This document shows, piece by piece, positions 41,471-50,722 of a stretch of DNA of 64,000 nucleotides; position 1 is the stretch's first letter; the number at the start of each line of letters is the position of its first letter. The stretch spans positions 7,288 through 71,287 of the forward strand of contig JAQVLW010000008.1 in assembly GCA_028703945.1 (NCBI GenBank), read 5' to 3'. The notes under the pieces are model-generated. The model made no database searches and was not told the DNA's origin. It saw only the letters and a list, made by a program, of their open reading frames with translations. The translations under genes and the position numbers were made by a program. The DNA is from Aliarcobacter sp. (lineage in GTDB: Bacteria > Campylobacterota > Campylobacteria > Campylobacterales > Arcobacteraceae).

Positions 41471-43372
41471 TTAGCCTATTGGATAAATTTCATAATCATT
41501 ATTATCTTCTTCATTTTTTGGAGTTTTTGAAACATAAAAAGGTTGATTCTCTTTATAATCAATTCTTTCTTTGTCACTTTGCAAAGTTTTTTCTTGATGT
41601 TTTTTAGAGCTATCTTTTCTTCTTACAGATTTTTTCTCATATTTTGCTTGAGCAACATAAGAATGTAATCTTTCATGAGCTTCAAAAATATCATGAGGTT
41701 CTAATTCTCTTCCTTTTATTTTGGCTCTTGCATCTGCTATTGCACTTCTTAGTTCAGATAAATTCATTTTTGGTCTTCGTATATCTGCATAAGGAACCGT
41801 TATATAATCTTTTATATCTTCATCATAAATATAAAGTTTACTAATATCTCTTGGGTCACGTCTACAAACTACACTATTTTCTAAATCAGGTCTTAGTTTT
41901 TTGTATTGTGTTGGGATTATCCATTTTCTAAGAGTTTCACTAAAATAAGTGACATAGTCAATTGTTATTCCATTTTTTTGAACTGTTCTATTTATAGCAG
42001 GTAATAAAGCCATTCTAAGTTTCAAAGTATCAGCAGGAACAACTGGTAAAAAAGGAATAGACTTATCTTCACCAATTCCATATAATCCTTGATAAAATTT
42101 CTCTTCAGGAGTCATTCCTAAAGATGTATGTTCTGTTTTATGATACATATTTATTACAAAATCTAAGTACCATTTTTCTAACTCATCTATTGTCATAGTT
42201 GATTCTTCTTCCGAATCATATTTTCCTTTTGCAAAAATATTTGAAAAAGTGCCTCCTGGTAATTGATGAACTTTTTTCATACAAGTACCTATAACTCTTT
42301 CAACGGCAGCACCGAATTCTGGTCTAGCAACAGGACGATAAATATCTTCAACTCTGTATTCTTTACAAAAGTTTTGTAAACTAGCTGACCTGAAATCCTT
42401 CCCATTGTCCATATGAACCTTCTTAGGAAGACCATAAACCACCCATTCACCTTCAATTCCATATCTTTTTAAAAAATCATCTTTAGGTAAAATAGCATTC
42501 AATAAGCATTGTCCTACATTAAAATAACTTGGTCCTTCAAAACTAATATAAAATCCAAAAATCATTCTACTAAAAACATCAATTGCCACAGTAATAATTG
42601 GTCTTCCAATTGGCTTTCTTGTCTCTTCATCAACTAAAATAACATCAACTTTTGTATGGTCAATTTGAATAATATCCAAAGGCATTTTCACTTCAGGGAA
42701 ATGACCTGTCATTCCCCTTGTTTCATTAACTCGAATACCATTCCTATGTTTTGCAATAATTTTTGGATGTAAATTATTGATTCTACTTCTTACTGTATTT
42801 TTTGTGGGTGCTTTTAGTTCCATATTCTTACACTTGTAAACTATCTCTTCATAAATCATTTGCAAAGGATACTTTTGTTTATTTAAATAGTATTCTTCAA
42901 TTACATCATTTATTATTGTATCCACTGATTCATCTAATCTACTTTTACCTTTTGCACCACAAAACTCTCTTTTTGAGGCTAGAGAACTAACATTTTCATA
43001 CTGTTCATAAGTATTTAACCAACGATAAATAGTAGCTATTCCCTTTTTATGTTTTTTTGCAACTTTTAAAACATCCGCTGCTGTTTTATCTTTTTTATCC
43101 AACAAAGATTTGATAATTTCATATCTTTCATTTGCTTTATCAAAATCTTTTTGTTCTAAATCAACTAAGGTTTTAATATTTTCTTTTATGTTTTTTGGTT
43201 CATTTATTAAATCTTTTACTTTTACTATTTTTTCATAAAATGGAATGACATCTCTTTTTATTAATACTTCATCAAAAGAAGGGTAACCTTTAACCACATA
43301 CTCTAAATCTTTATAAAATATTTTTGAGTTGATTTCAAATTTTATTATATTACTCACAAGATAACTCCACAA
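41471..43372 (-). CDS. tnsB: TnsB/TniA DDE transposase (likely GTG start at 43357)
   Basis: QIDHTKVDV...GRPIITVAIDVFSR, HMDNGKDF and VERVIGT: DDE triad intact. Confidence 0.94.
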   Translation of the reverse strand: MWSYLVSNIIKFEINSKIFYKDLEYVVKGYPSFDEVLIKRDVIPFYEKIVKVKDLINEPKNIKENIKTLVDLEQKDFDKANERYEIIKSLLDKKDKTAADVLKVAKKHKKGIATIYRWLNTYEQYENVSSLASKREFCGAKGKSRLDESVDTIINDVIEEYYLNKQKYPLQMIYEEIVYKCKNMELKAPTKNTVRSRINNLHPKIIAKHRNGIRVNETRGMTGHFPEVKMPLDIIQIDHTKVDVILVDEETRKPIGRPIITVAIDVFSRMIFGFYISFEGPSYFNVGQCLLNAILPKDDFLKRYGIEGEWVVYGLPKKVHMDNGKDFRSASLQNFCKEYRVEDIYRPVARPEFGAAVERVIGTCMKKVHQLPGGTFSNIFAKGKYDSEEESTMTIDELEKWYLDFVINMYHKTEHTSLGMTPEEKFYQGLYGIGEDKSIPFLPVVPADTLKLRMALLPAINRTVQKNGITIDYVTYFSETLRKWIIPTQYKKLRPDLENSVVCRRDPRDISKLYIYDEDIKDYITVPYADIRRPKMNLSELRSAIADARAKIKGRELEPHDIFEAHERLHSYVAQAKYEKKSVRRKDSSKKHQEKTLQSDKERIDYKENQPFYVSKTPKNEEDNNDYEIYPIG

Positions 43373-44018
43373 ATGAATTCATAGTAACTTTGGCTGATTG
43401 TAAATTACTTTTTAGTTTTTCTTTACACACTAAATCCCAAATACAATTTGATATAGTTGGATAATCTATAAGATTTTGTGAGATTAAATTTACCAGTTCA
43501 AAAGCTGATATTTTTTTATTTTCTTTTAGTAAGTTTATAATTTGATTTTCATATTTATTTTCAATGGGATATAGTTTGTATCTATAAAGAAAATCTAAGT
43601 TATCCAAATATATTTCACTGTGATTTTGTTCAGTATAAACTTCAAAATCTAAATTTAATTTATTTGAAGAGACTTTTGCAGATTCAAATCTTTTTTCAAA
43701 ATATTCTTTCTTTTTTTCAATTTCATTTGTGTATTTAACTTCAACAATACTATCTTTTTTTGATGAGTTTTTAACTCTTTTAATATAACAATCTGCACTA
43801 TAAATTTGATTTTTACCATTAAAAAAAATTTCTATTTGAGGTTGTTCTTGATAGGAGATTACCTCATTATCAAATTCTAAAGCTAAAAAATGAGCTTTTT
43901 CAAGTTTTGATTCAAAACCTATTGAAGTATTATTTTTAATACTTGGAAAATGACCAGTAATTGAACGATAATTTTTTTTAATTTTGCGCTGAGTAAAACT
44001 TATAAATAAATCTTCCAT
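43350..44018 (-). CDS. tnsA: TnsA endonuclease
   Basis: SITGHFPSIK...FESKLE...YQEQP...YSAD...EVKY PD-(D/E)xK motifs. Confidence 0.9.
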   Translation of the reverse strand: MEDLFISFTQRKIKKNYRSITGHFPSIKNNTSIGFESKLEKAHFLALEFDNEVISYQEQPQIEIFFNGKNQIYSADCYIKRVKNSSKKDSIVEVKYTNEIEKKKEYFEKRFESAKVSSNKLNLDFEVYTEQNHSEIYLDNLDFLYRYKLYPIENKYENQIINLLKENKKISAFELVNLISQNLIDYPTISNCIWDLVCKEKLKSNLQSAKVTMNSFVELSCE

Positions 44019-44032
44019 AGTTATTTTCCAAA

Positions 44033-44059
44033 TAATTTGATTAATTTGATTAATTTGAT
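44033..44059. repeat. Three perfect tandem copies of TAATTTGAT upstream of tnsA
   Basis: TAATTTGAT x3 read directly, 15-41 nt upstream of the tnsA ATG. Confidence 0.85.
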
Positions 44060-44221
44060 TATATAGTAAATTAACTTGTATTTATTCTGAAATATTTCTG
44101 CGTATTATTATTTATTACTTATTTAAATACAAAAAAGATTTAAATACTAATTTATTTTAAATAATTAAATTATTTTTTAAGTTAATCAATGTAAAATCTT
44201 CCATATATTAGGAGTATTTAT

Positions 44222-44950
44222 ATGAAACTTGCCGTTGTTAGTCATAGTGGTGGATTAGATAGCACTACGCTTATGGGATATATGTTAGAAAATGGATATG
44301 TTGTTCAACCTATTAATCTTAATTATGGACAAGAAAATGTGGTGGAAATGAAAGCACAAGATAATGTGGTTAACTATTTCCAAGACAGATATGGGAAAAA
44401 TAGAGTTTATGATACTATAAAACTTGATTTAACACCAATTGTAAATCCCATCCAAAACATAATAAATAATTTTAGGGAAAATGGTTTTGATAATAAAGAA
44501 TTAGATGATGCAAACTTGAAACACTATTTTCCAAACAGAAATTTACTGTTTTCTTCTATTGCGGGTGTATTTGCAGAAACACTTGCATACTTTAATGGTC
44601 TTAAAGAGACAGCAATATGTATTGGTATACACAAACATACTACTTATAAACCCTACTAGGATATTACATCTGATTTTGCAAATGCTGTTCAAAATGTAGT
44701 AAATTTAAATGATGCAATGAAAGTAACTATTGCTACACCTTTTGTAGAATGGACAAAAAGTGATATAGTAAAATATATGTTAGGGAAAAATATACCATAT
44801 GAACTTACGTGGACTTGTTATGAACCACAAATTAATGAAAAGTATTATGTACCTTGTAAGGTGTGTCAAGCTTGCATTGAGAGAGAAAATGCAGGTATTA
44901 AAAATAATCTTAGTAGTATTAATAAATATATGATAAAAAAGGATAAGTAA
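44222..44950 (+). pseudogene. queC: Divergent QueC-family gene interrupted by one in-frame TAG (44657-44659)
   Basis: SHSGGLDS and FPNRNLLF upstream; TCYEP...CKVCQAC downstream in the same frame; junction reads KPY*DITSDF (probably W, TGG to TAG). Confidence 0.85.
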
Positions 44951-46746
44951 TGCCAACTATTACACCAAAATATTTAGGTTCAATCAATGATAATATGCAT
45001 AACAATAATTCACCTGTAGTTATGAAACGAGTTATAAAAGTTAAAATAAGTGAATTGGCACAATGGTTTCAATATACTAGAGAAAAACAAGGTGGACGGA
45101 ATCCTTTTAAAGTATCTGACAGCTCCCTAATACAAATTCATGAAAGAATCCAAAGAGGAAAAAATGAATCAGGTTTTGTGTTACAAGAAAAGAATAAAAT
45201 AGATGAGATAAAAGAAATTTTGTTAGGAATACATAAAACTAATAAAAAAATATACCTAGGTTCTTTAGTTTGGAATATTAGAAAAATAGATACAAATAAG
45301 TTTGACATATTATCAATATCTAAACTAGATGGCTCGTTACCTGAGTACAAATTAGAGATTGAAGTAAATAAAATATACTTAACTGATTCCGCACATAGAC
45401 ATTTCGGGATAGTAGAAGCATATAAAGAATATCAAAAAAATTCAGATTTATATCCATTATTTAATGAAAACTTTGAATTTTTAGTTGAAATATATAATTT
45501 AACAGCTGATGATGAACAAAACTTATTTAATGAACTAAATTCTAAGCAAAAGAAAATAACAGCTGCTAAAGAAAAACAACTAGACAATAGTACCCCTCTT
45601 GGCAAAATAAAAGATGAAATAATTGATTATGATATGGAAAATGAAAGAATATTTTATAATAATATTGAATTAAACTCAAATCAAAATACTAGACATACAT
45701 TGATGACAATGTCAGTTTTTGTCGCAAGTATAAAAGAAATGTTTAAAAATGAGATTAATGAGGTTTATGCTAATGATACAGTTAATGATACATTAAAAGA
45801 AGACATTGTTTCTTACTATTGTAACTTTTTCGGTGAGTTAAAGAATACAATAATAATTAAATATATCAGTATAACTGGTGAAGAAAAAAATATTTCTCCA
45901 TTTGAGAATTTATATATGAAATACATTTATATTGTTGAAAATGCAGATTTTGATAATGATGAAATATATGAAAACAAGCTTGAGGAAGCAAGAAATACTG
46001 CCAAATTAATAAATTCAAAAATTAGAGAACAGGATTTAATAACGCATAATATTACAATTAAAGCATTATCGAGACTAGGAAAATTAATACGAAAGATGTC
46101 AAATTGGAAAACAGTTATTGAACAAATACAACAAAACTTAATTATTGGATATGATGGAAAATTCTTACAAAAAACTAACAGTGAACTTTTTGAAGCTTAT
46201 CCAGGGAACCAAGAAGCACTAGTAAAATTTAATGAAGATGGTTCTTTAAATATGCAAGTTGTAAGTTGGAAAACTAATGAGCTATTTCATTATTTTACAG
46301 ATAAATTAGAATTACGAAAAGAACCTATTTTATTTTTTGACCAAGATGATTTTAAAAAAATATTAACTAATAATGATAGTATAAAAGTTTCAATAAATAA
46401 TCCCACTATTATTAAGTTTAAACATACATTCTTTATTGCAGATAATTTATATGACGAAATCACAACTAATGATTTGAATATGAATATACTTGCCGTAGAT
46501 AATTGGAGTAAAATTAAATTTACAGGCAAGACTTCTTTTAAGGCAATTATCAAAGATTATGATGAAGGATACATAGATGAAGTTTATGATAGAGGAATCA
46601 GAAAAGCCACAGCAATTTTTGAACTAACACTTCCAGCCTTTGAAAACGAAGCTCATTTAAAACACGGATTAAGAATAAAAGTTAAATCATTTAATATTTC
46701 ATTTGATAATGAAATTGATTATATATTAAGTACTTTTTCGGAATAA
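44950..46746 (+). CDS. DndB/DGQHR-like protein with variant DSAHR motif, 598 aa
   Basis: YLTDSAHRHFGI and EQNLFNELNSKQKK resemble the DGQHR core; start overlaps the queC stop. Confidence 0.65.
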   Translation: MPTITPKYLGSINDNMHNNNSPVVMKRVIKVKISELAQWFQYTREKQGGRNPFKVSDSSLIQIHERIQRGKNESGFVLQEKNKIDEIKEILLGIHKTNKKIYLGSLVWNIRKIDTNKFDILSISKLDGSLPEYKLEIEVNKIYLTDSAHRHFGIVEAYKEYQKNSDLYPLFNENFEFLVEIYNLTADDEQNLFNELNSKQKKITAAKEKQLDNSTPLGKIKDEIIDYDMENERIFYNNIELNSNQNTRHTLMTMSVFVASIKEMFKNEINEVYANDTVNDTLKEDIVSYYCNFFGELKNTIIIKYISITGEEKNISPFENLYMKYIYIVENADFDNDEIYENKLEEARNTAKLINSKIREQDLITHNITIKALSRLGKLIRKMSNWKTVIEQIQQNLIIGYDGKFLQKTNSELFEAYPGNQEALVKFNEDGSLNMQVVSWKTNELFHYFTDKLELRKEPILFFDQDDFKKILTNNDSIKVSINNPTIIKFKHTFFIADNLYDEITTNDLNMNILAVDNWSKIKFTGKTSFKAIIKDYDEGYIDEVYDRGIRKATAIFELTLPAFENEAHLKHGLRIKVKSFNISFDNEIDYILSTFSE

Positions 46747-46750
46747 ACTT

Positions 46751-47548
46751 ATGATTGAATATGAACTTTTTTATGAAAGATTAAATAACAAACGATGTTT
46801 AAAAAGTAATCGTATTTTGAATAAAGATGATTTTCTGATTAGTAGCAAAGAGTTCGTTAACTTATATCAAACTACATATAGTGAATCGGAATATAAATTT
46901 ATAAAAAATATTATCTCATGTATACATGCAAATAATAGAAATATTTTATTATTAAATGAACTATTACTAAATAGAATTCAATCATTCTTTAATTTATTAC
47001 TGAAATCAGACAAACAATATATTAAAGAGCGAGTTATACATTTATATATTTTCTTATTTTGGAACAAATTAACTGGAGATACTGAATTCATAAATAAAAT
47101 AAAAAAAGAAGAATTGTTATACGAAGGTCAAGTTATTGATAATACAGATAAGTTTCAACAAAATTTACTACCGAAAATAGCAAATAATTGTGATTTAATC
47201 TATTATAACCACAAAGAAAGTACACTTGAGTTAATTGAGATAAAAAATGTTGATTTAGACGATAGAGCAATCGCTCAAATTCAAAGATATTATCGTAATA
47301 CAAACTATATTTGTGAAACAATAGATCATCAACTAAGTATATTATATTTAAAACCAACATTAATAATTAAACATGAAAATTTAACTCAAAATCAAACTAA
47401 AACTTCACTTTTAGAACATTGGCAGACATTTCCAACATATTTTAAAGAATTATTGAATATATATAGTTTTGAATTTTGTTATACAAAAGAAACATTAAAA
47501 CTCATTAATTTAAAACCAAAATTAAAATCATTACTAAAAAACAACTAA
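46751..47548 (+). CDS. PD-(D/E)xK nuclease-family protein (NucS-like C-terminal motif)
   Basis: CDLIYY...LELIEIK...RAIAQIQRYY. Confidence 0.6.
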   Translation: MIEYELFYERLNNKRCLKSNRILNKDDFLISSKEFVNLYQTTYSESEYKFIKNIISCIHANNRNILLLNELLLNRIQSFFNLLLKSDKQYIKERVIHLYIFLFWNKLTGDTEFINKIKKEELLYEGQVIDNTDKFQQNLLPKIANNCDLIYYNHKESTLELIEIKNVDLDDRAIAQIQRYYRNTNYICETIDHQLSILYLKPTLIIKHENLTQNQTKTSLLEHWQTFPTYFKELLNIYSFEFCYTKETLKLINLKPKLKSLLKNN

Positions 47549-47571
47549 CTATACAAATTTAGGATTATAAT

Positions 47572-48129
47572 ATGTCAAAAAAACAATATGAAGAACAAAC
47601 AAAGAAACAAACAAAATGTGAATTTTTAATTAATGTGTATAATCTATCTTTTAATAATATAAATAGGCATATTACAATAGTTTGGCAATCAGTAAGTGTT
47701 TTAATTGCTTCATTTGTTTCAATTATATTTAGTGAAAAATATAACATATCAATTTATCCATCATATACTATATCACTTGGATGATAGCTCATCTATTAGA
47801 TAGTAACACTTGGTATAGACGAAATATACATATTATAACAAATATAGAAAGACAAGAAAAGGTTACATTATTTTTTCACTAATCATCTAGAGCCTAAAAA
47901 GATTATAGATACTTTTCTTATTCAAATTTATTTTGCTTTAATAGTATGGTTTATATCTTTATTTTATACATTTTATAAAGCAACTAGAGAGGTTTAATTT
48001 AGTTTATTTCTTCACATCTTTAGCTTTTACTATGCTATGTATTTGTATTTTGTATACTTATCATAAAAAAATATTGAAAATATTAAAAAGTTACTACACG
48101 AATCTCCTGGTGTAAATATGAAAGATTAA
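47572..48129 (+). pseudogene. Frameshifted remnant of a multi-TM membrane protein
   Basis: Successive frames give ...VWQSVSVLIASF / WMIAHLLDSNTWYRRNIHIITNIERQ / LHYFFTNH...IQIYFALIVW / KKLLHESPGVNMKD*. Confidence 0.5.
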
Positions 48130-48166
48130 GTTATGATAGCAATAATATTAATAAGAATGGAGAAAT

Positions 48167-48925
48167 ATGATTAATTTTTTACAAAACCGTACATTATTGA
48201 ATAAATTAGAGATAAGTTCAAATTTTATAAGTCAACGTATGATATATGATTCTCATGCTATTCAATATTTGAGGGAATTACCTCCTAATTTCTTAGAATT
48301 ACAATATAAAAGAAATAAAAAAGAAGAAATTACAAAACATTTAAAAAGTATATATTCAAATATAACTGATGAAAAAGTCGAAAATGTTCTATCTCGCGTT
48401 CAAAATTTAATTAAATATGTAACAAATACAAATAGAAAAGATTATGAAGATTTTACAAAACAACATAATTTTAAAGAAAAAAACTGGAAGAGAATTGAAA
48501 GATGTGAAGTTTGTGGTTTCAAATTTAGAATTCAATCAGATGCAACATTAGAACACGTTTTGCCTTTATCTTTGGGTGGAGCTGATAATGATACTAATTG
48601 GCAATTATTATGTAAATCATGTAATGGTCATAAAACAAATTACTGGGGAGTTTCTGATTTAAAACTTGTTGACTCCTTTATTTCTAAAGATATATTAAAA
48701 CTTACAAAAGTTGAAGATATTCAAAAAAGACTTCCAAAAGATATTAAATATTTTATTATAGAATCTCAAAAAAGAAAATGTTCTTATTGCCAAAACACTA
48801 GTAGTGAAGCTAAAATAGAAGTAAAATTAGAACTTACCTCAGTTTTAAATATAGATAGTTTTAGTACAATATGTGAAACATGCATAAAAACAAAAAAAGT
48901 ATCTAGAAATATATTATTAAATTAA
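48167..48925 (+). CDS. HNH endonuclease with a second degenerate CxxC...CxxC module
   Basis: CEVCG...LEHVLPLSLGGADNDTNWQLLCKSCNGHK; later CSYC...ICETC. Confidence 0.88.
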   Translation: MINFLQNRTLLNKLEISSNFISQRMIYDSHAIQYLRELPPNFLELQYKRNKKEEITKHLKSIYSNITDEKVENVLSRVQNLIKYVTNTNRKDYEDFTKQHNFKEKNWKRIERCEVCGFKFRIQSDATLEHVLPLSLGGADNDTNWQLLCKSCNGHKTNYWGVSDLKLVDSFISKDILKLTKVEDIQKRLPKDIKYFIIESQKRKCSYCQNTSSEAKIEVKLELTSVLNIDSFSTICETCIKTKKVSRNILLN

Positions 48926-48937
48926 AAAGGAGATAAT

Positions 48938-50065
48938 GTGCCAAAATGGTTTACATTTCCATGCCAAATTATTAAACAAGCGAAAGATGCACCAGAAATT
49001 GCAGTTTTTACATGTGATGCGTATGATTTATTTGAAGTTTCAACAGTTTCAAGACTAGAGGAATCTAGTGATGGATATCAACGGATGATTAATAAAAAAC
49101 GACAAAATGATATAAGCAAATACATTGATACTCCGAGAGCTCTTATTCCAACATCTATTGTGTGTGCTGCTGAAGAAAATGATGATTTAGTAAAAGTTGT
49201 CAATAAAAAACAAATAGAAGGTACAATAGATAGATGGACTGCTGATTTAAAGATAAAGTGTGATAAAAATAAAAAACCTTGCTTAGTGATTGATGGTCAA
49301 CACAGATTGTATGGTATTGCTAGTTCTTCAAAACCCACTTTTCCAGTTTCTGTTAATCTATTATTAAATGCTAAAACAGTAACCCAAGTTTTACATTTTA
49401 TCATTATTAATAATAAAGCTACAAGAATTGGGAATGCTTTAATCAATGAATTAAAAGGAAATATTGCCCATCTAAGCCAAAAAGAAGATGAAGAATTAGA
49501 ACATTTATTGTCTCAACTTGGTGTGGAAAGCATTACAAATGAAACATTTATAAGTTTATTGAATGATGAGAAAAATGCTTTCGGTAATATTTTAGATTTC
49601 AAAACTAATAAGATGCAAGTGGTTAGTTCTCAAACTTTAAAAACATTAATCAAAAAAAGTAGAACTTCTGGATTTTTATCTAAAATAGATAATAATGATG
49701 AAAATCAAATTATTGCATACAACTATATGTGGGAAGGCATTAAAAAATCTTTTGAAAAAAGATGGGATTTCGAACTAAGTTTAGCTACTGAAGTTTTACA
49801 GAAACAAAAGACAAAAACAGATTTTAACAAAGAGAAAAAGATTTTTCATAGTGGTGCGATTGATGTTATTGGTGGATTATTAGATGATGAGTTAAAAACA
49901 ACAGCCTATCGAAGAGAATGGGAAGAAAATATTAGCAAAGTTTATGATATTACGGTTAAGATATTATCAAAAGTACCAAAAAGTTTTTGGGAGGAAATTA
50001 CAATAGATAATACTTCCAAAGGGAAAAGAGATTTTAGAGAAAAATTTGAAAAAGCAATTTTATAA
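48938..50065 (+). CDS. DGQHR domain protein
   Basis: GYQR, LVIDGQHRLYG and FIIINNKA motifs; GTG start with AAGGAG RBS 12 nt after the HNH stop. Confidence 0.88.
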   Translation: MPKWFTFPCQIIKQAKDAPEIAVFTCDAYDLFEVSTVSRLEESSDGYQRMINKKRQNDISKYIDTPRALIPTSIVCAAEENDDLVKVVNKKQIEGTIDRWTADLKIKCDKNKKPCLVIDGQHRLYGIASSSKPTFPVSVNLLLNAKTVTQVLHFIIINNKATRIGNALINELKGNIAHLSQKEDEELEHLLSQLGVESITNETFISLLNDEKNAFGNILDFKTNKMQVVSSQTLKTLIKKSRTSGFLSKIDNNDENQIIAYNYMWEGIKKSFEKRWDFELSLATEVLQKQKTKTDFNKEKKIFHSGAIDVIGGLLDDELKTTAYRREWEENISKVYDITVKILSKVPKSFWEEITIDNTSKGKRDFREKFEKAIL

Positions 50066-50719
50066 GTATTTTTCCCATCCATCCTTTCTAATCAAACATG
50101 ACGGGCACTCTCCACACCCATATCCCCAATCAAATTTGGTGATATGGTCATCGTTATAGCAAGTATGAGACTTTTCTAAAACTATTTCAAGTACTCCTTC
50201 ATCTTTTGATAATCGAAAAATTTCTGATTTGGTTAAATTTATAAGTGGATAGTGGAATTTTATATTTGATTCACTTCCTAGATTCAGAGTTCTTTCAATA
50301 TTTATTATAAATTCTTCCCTACAGTCTGGGTATCCCCTATAATCTGTTTGGTTAACCCCAATAATAATATTATCAATTTCTTGCTTTTGCGCAAAAGCAT
50401 GTGCAAGTGTGAAAAATATTGCATTTCTATTGGGTACAAATGATGAGGGTAAGTTTGTTTTGACTCTATGATGGATAGAAATATCTTGAGTAGAATCTAT
50501 AAGTGCAGAATCATTAAGTTGGGTAAAAGCACTGATATTCAGAAGTGTATTTGGTACACCTAAAATATCAGCTATTTTTTTGGCTTGCACTATCTCAATT
50601 TTATGCTTTTGACCATAATCAAAAGTAATCGTCTCGACAAAATCAAACCTATTTTTTGCCCAACCTAGACAAGTAGTACTGTCTTGCCCACCACTAAATA
50701 CAACTAAAGCTTTCTTCAT
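50060..50719 (-). CDS. queC: 7-cyano-7-deazaguanine (preQ0) synthase
   Basis: FSGGQDSTT, FVPNRN, GYPDCR, TCY...CGECPSC. Confidence 0.95.
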   Translation of the reverse strand: MKKALVVFSGGQDSTTCLGWAKNRFDFVETITFDYGQKHKIEIVQAKKIADILGVPNTLLNISAFTQLNDSALIDSTQDISIHHRVKTNLPSSFVPNRNAIFFTLAHAFAQKQEIDNIIIGVNQTDYRGYPDCREEFIINIERTLNLGSESNIKFHYPLINLTKSEIFRLSKDEGVLEIVLEKSHTCYNDDHITKFDWGYGCGECPSCLIRKDGWEKYL

Positions 50720-50722
50720 AAC

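Noticed and set aside
44019-44221. Nested second transposon end upstream of tnsA
   Set aside because: No TGT-started end with full TnsB sites or a matching TSD found by eye
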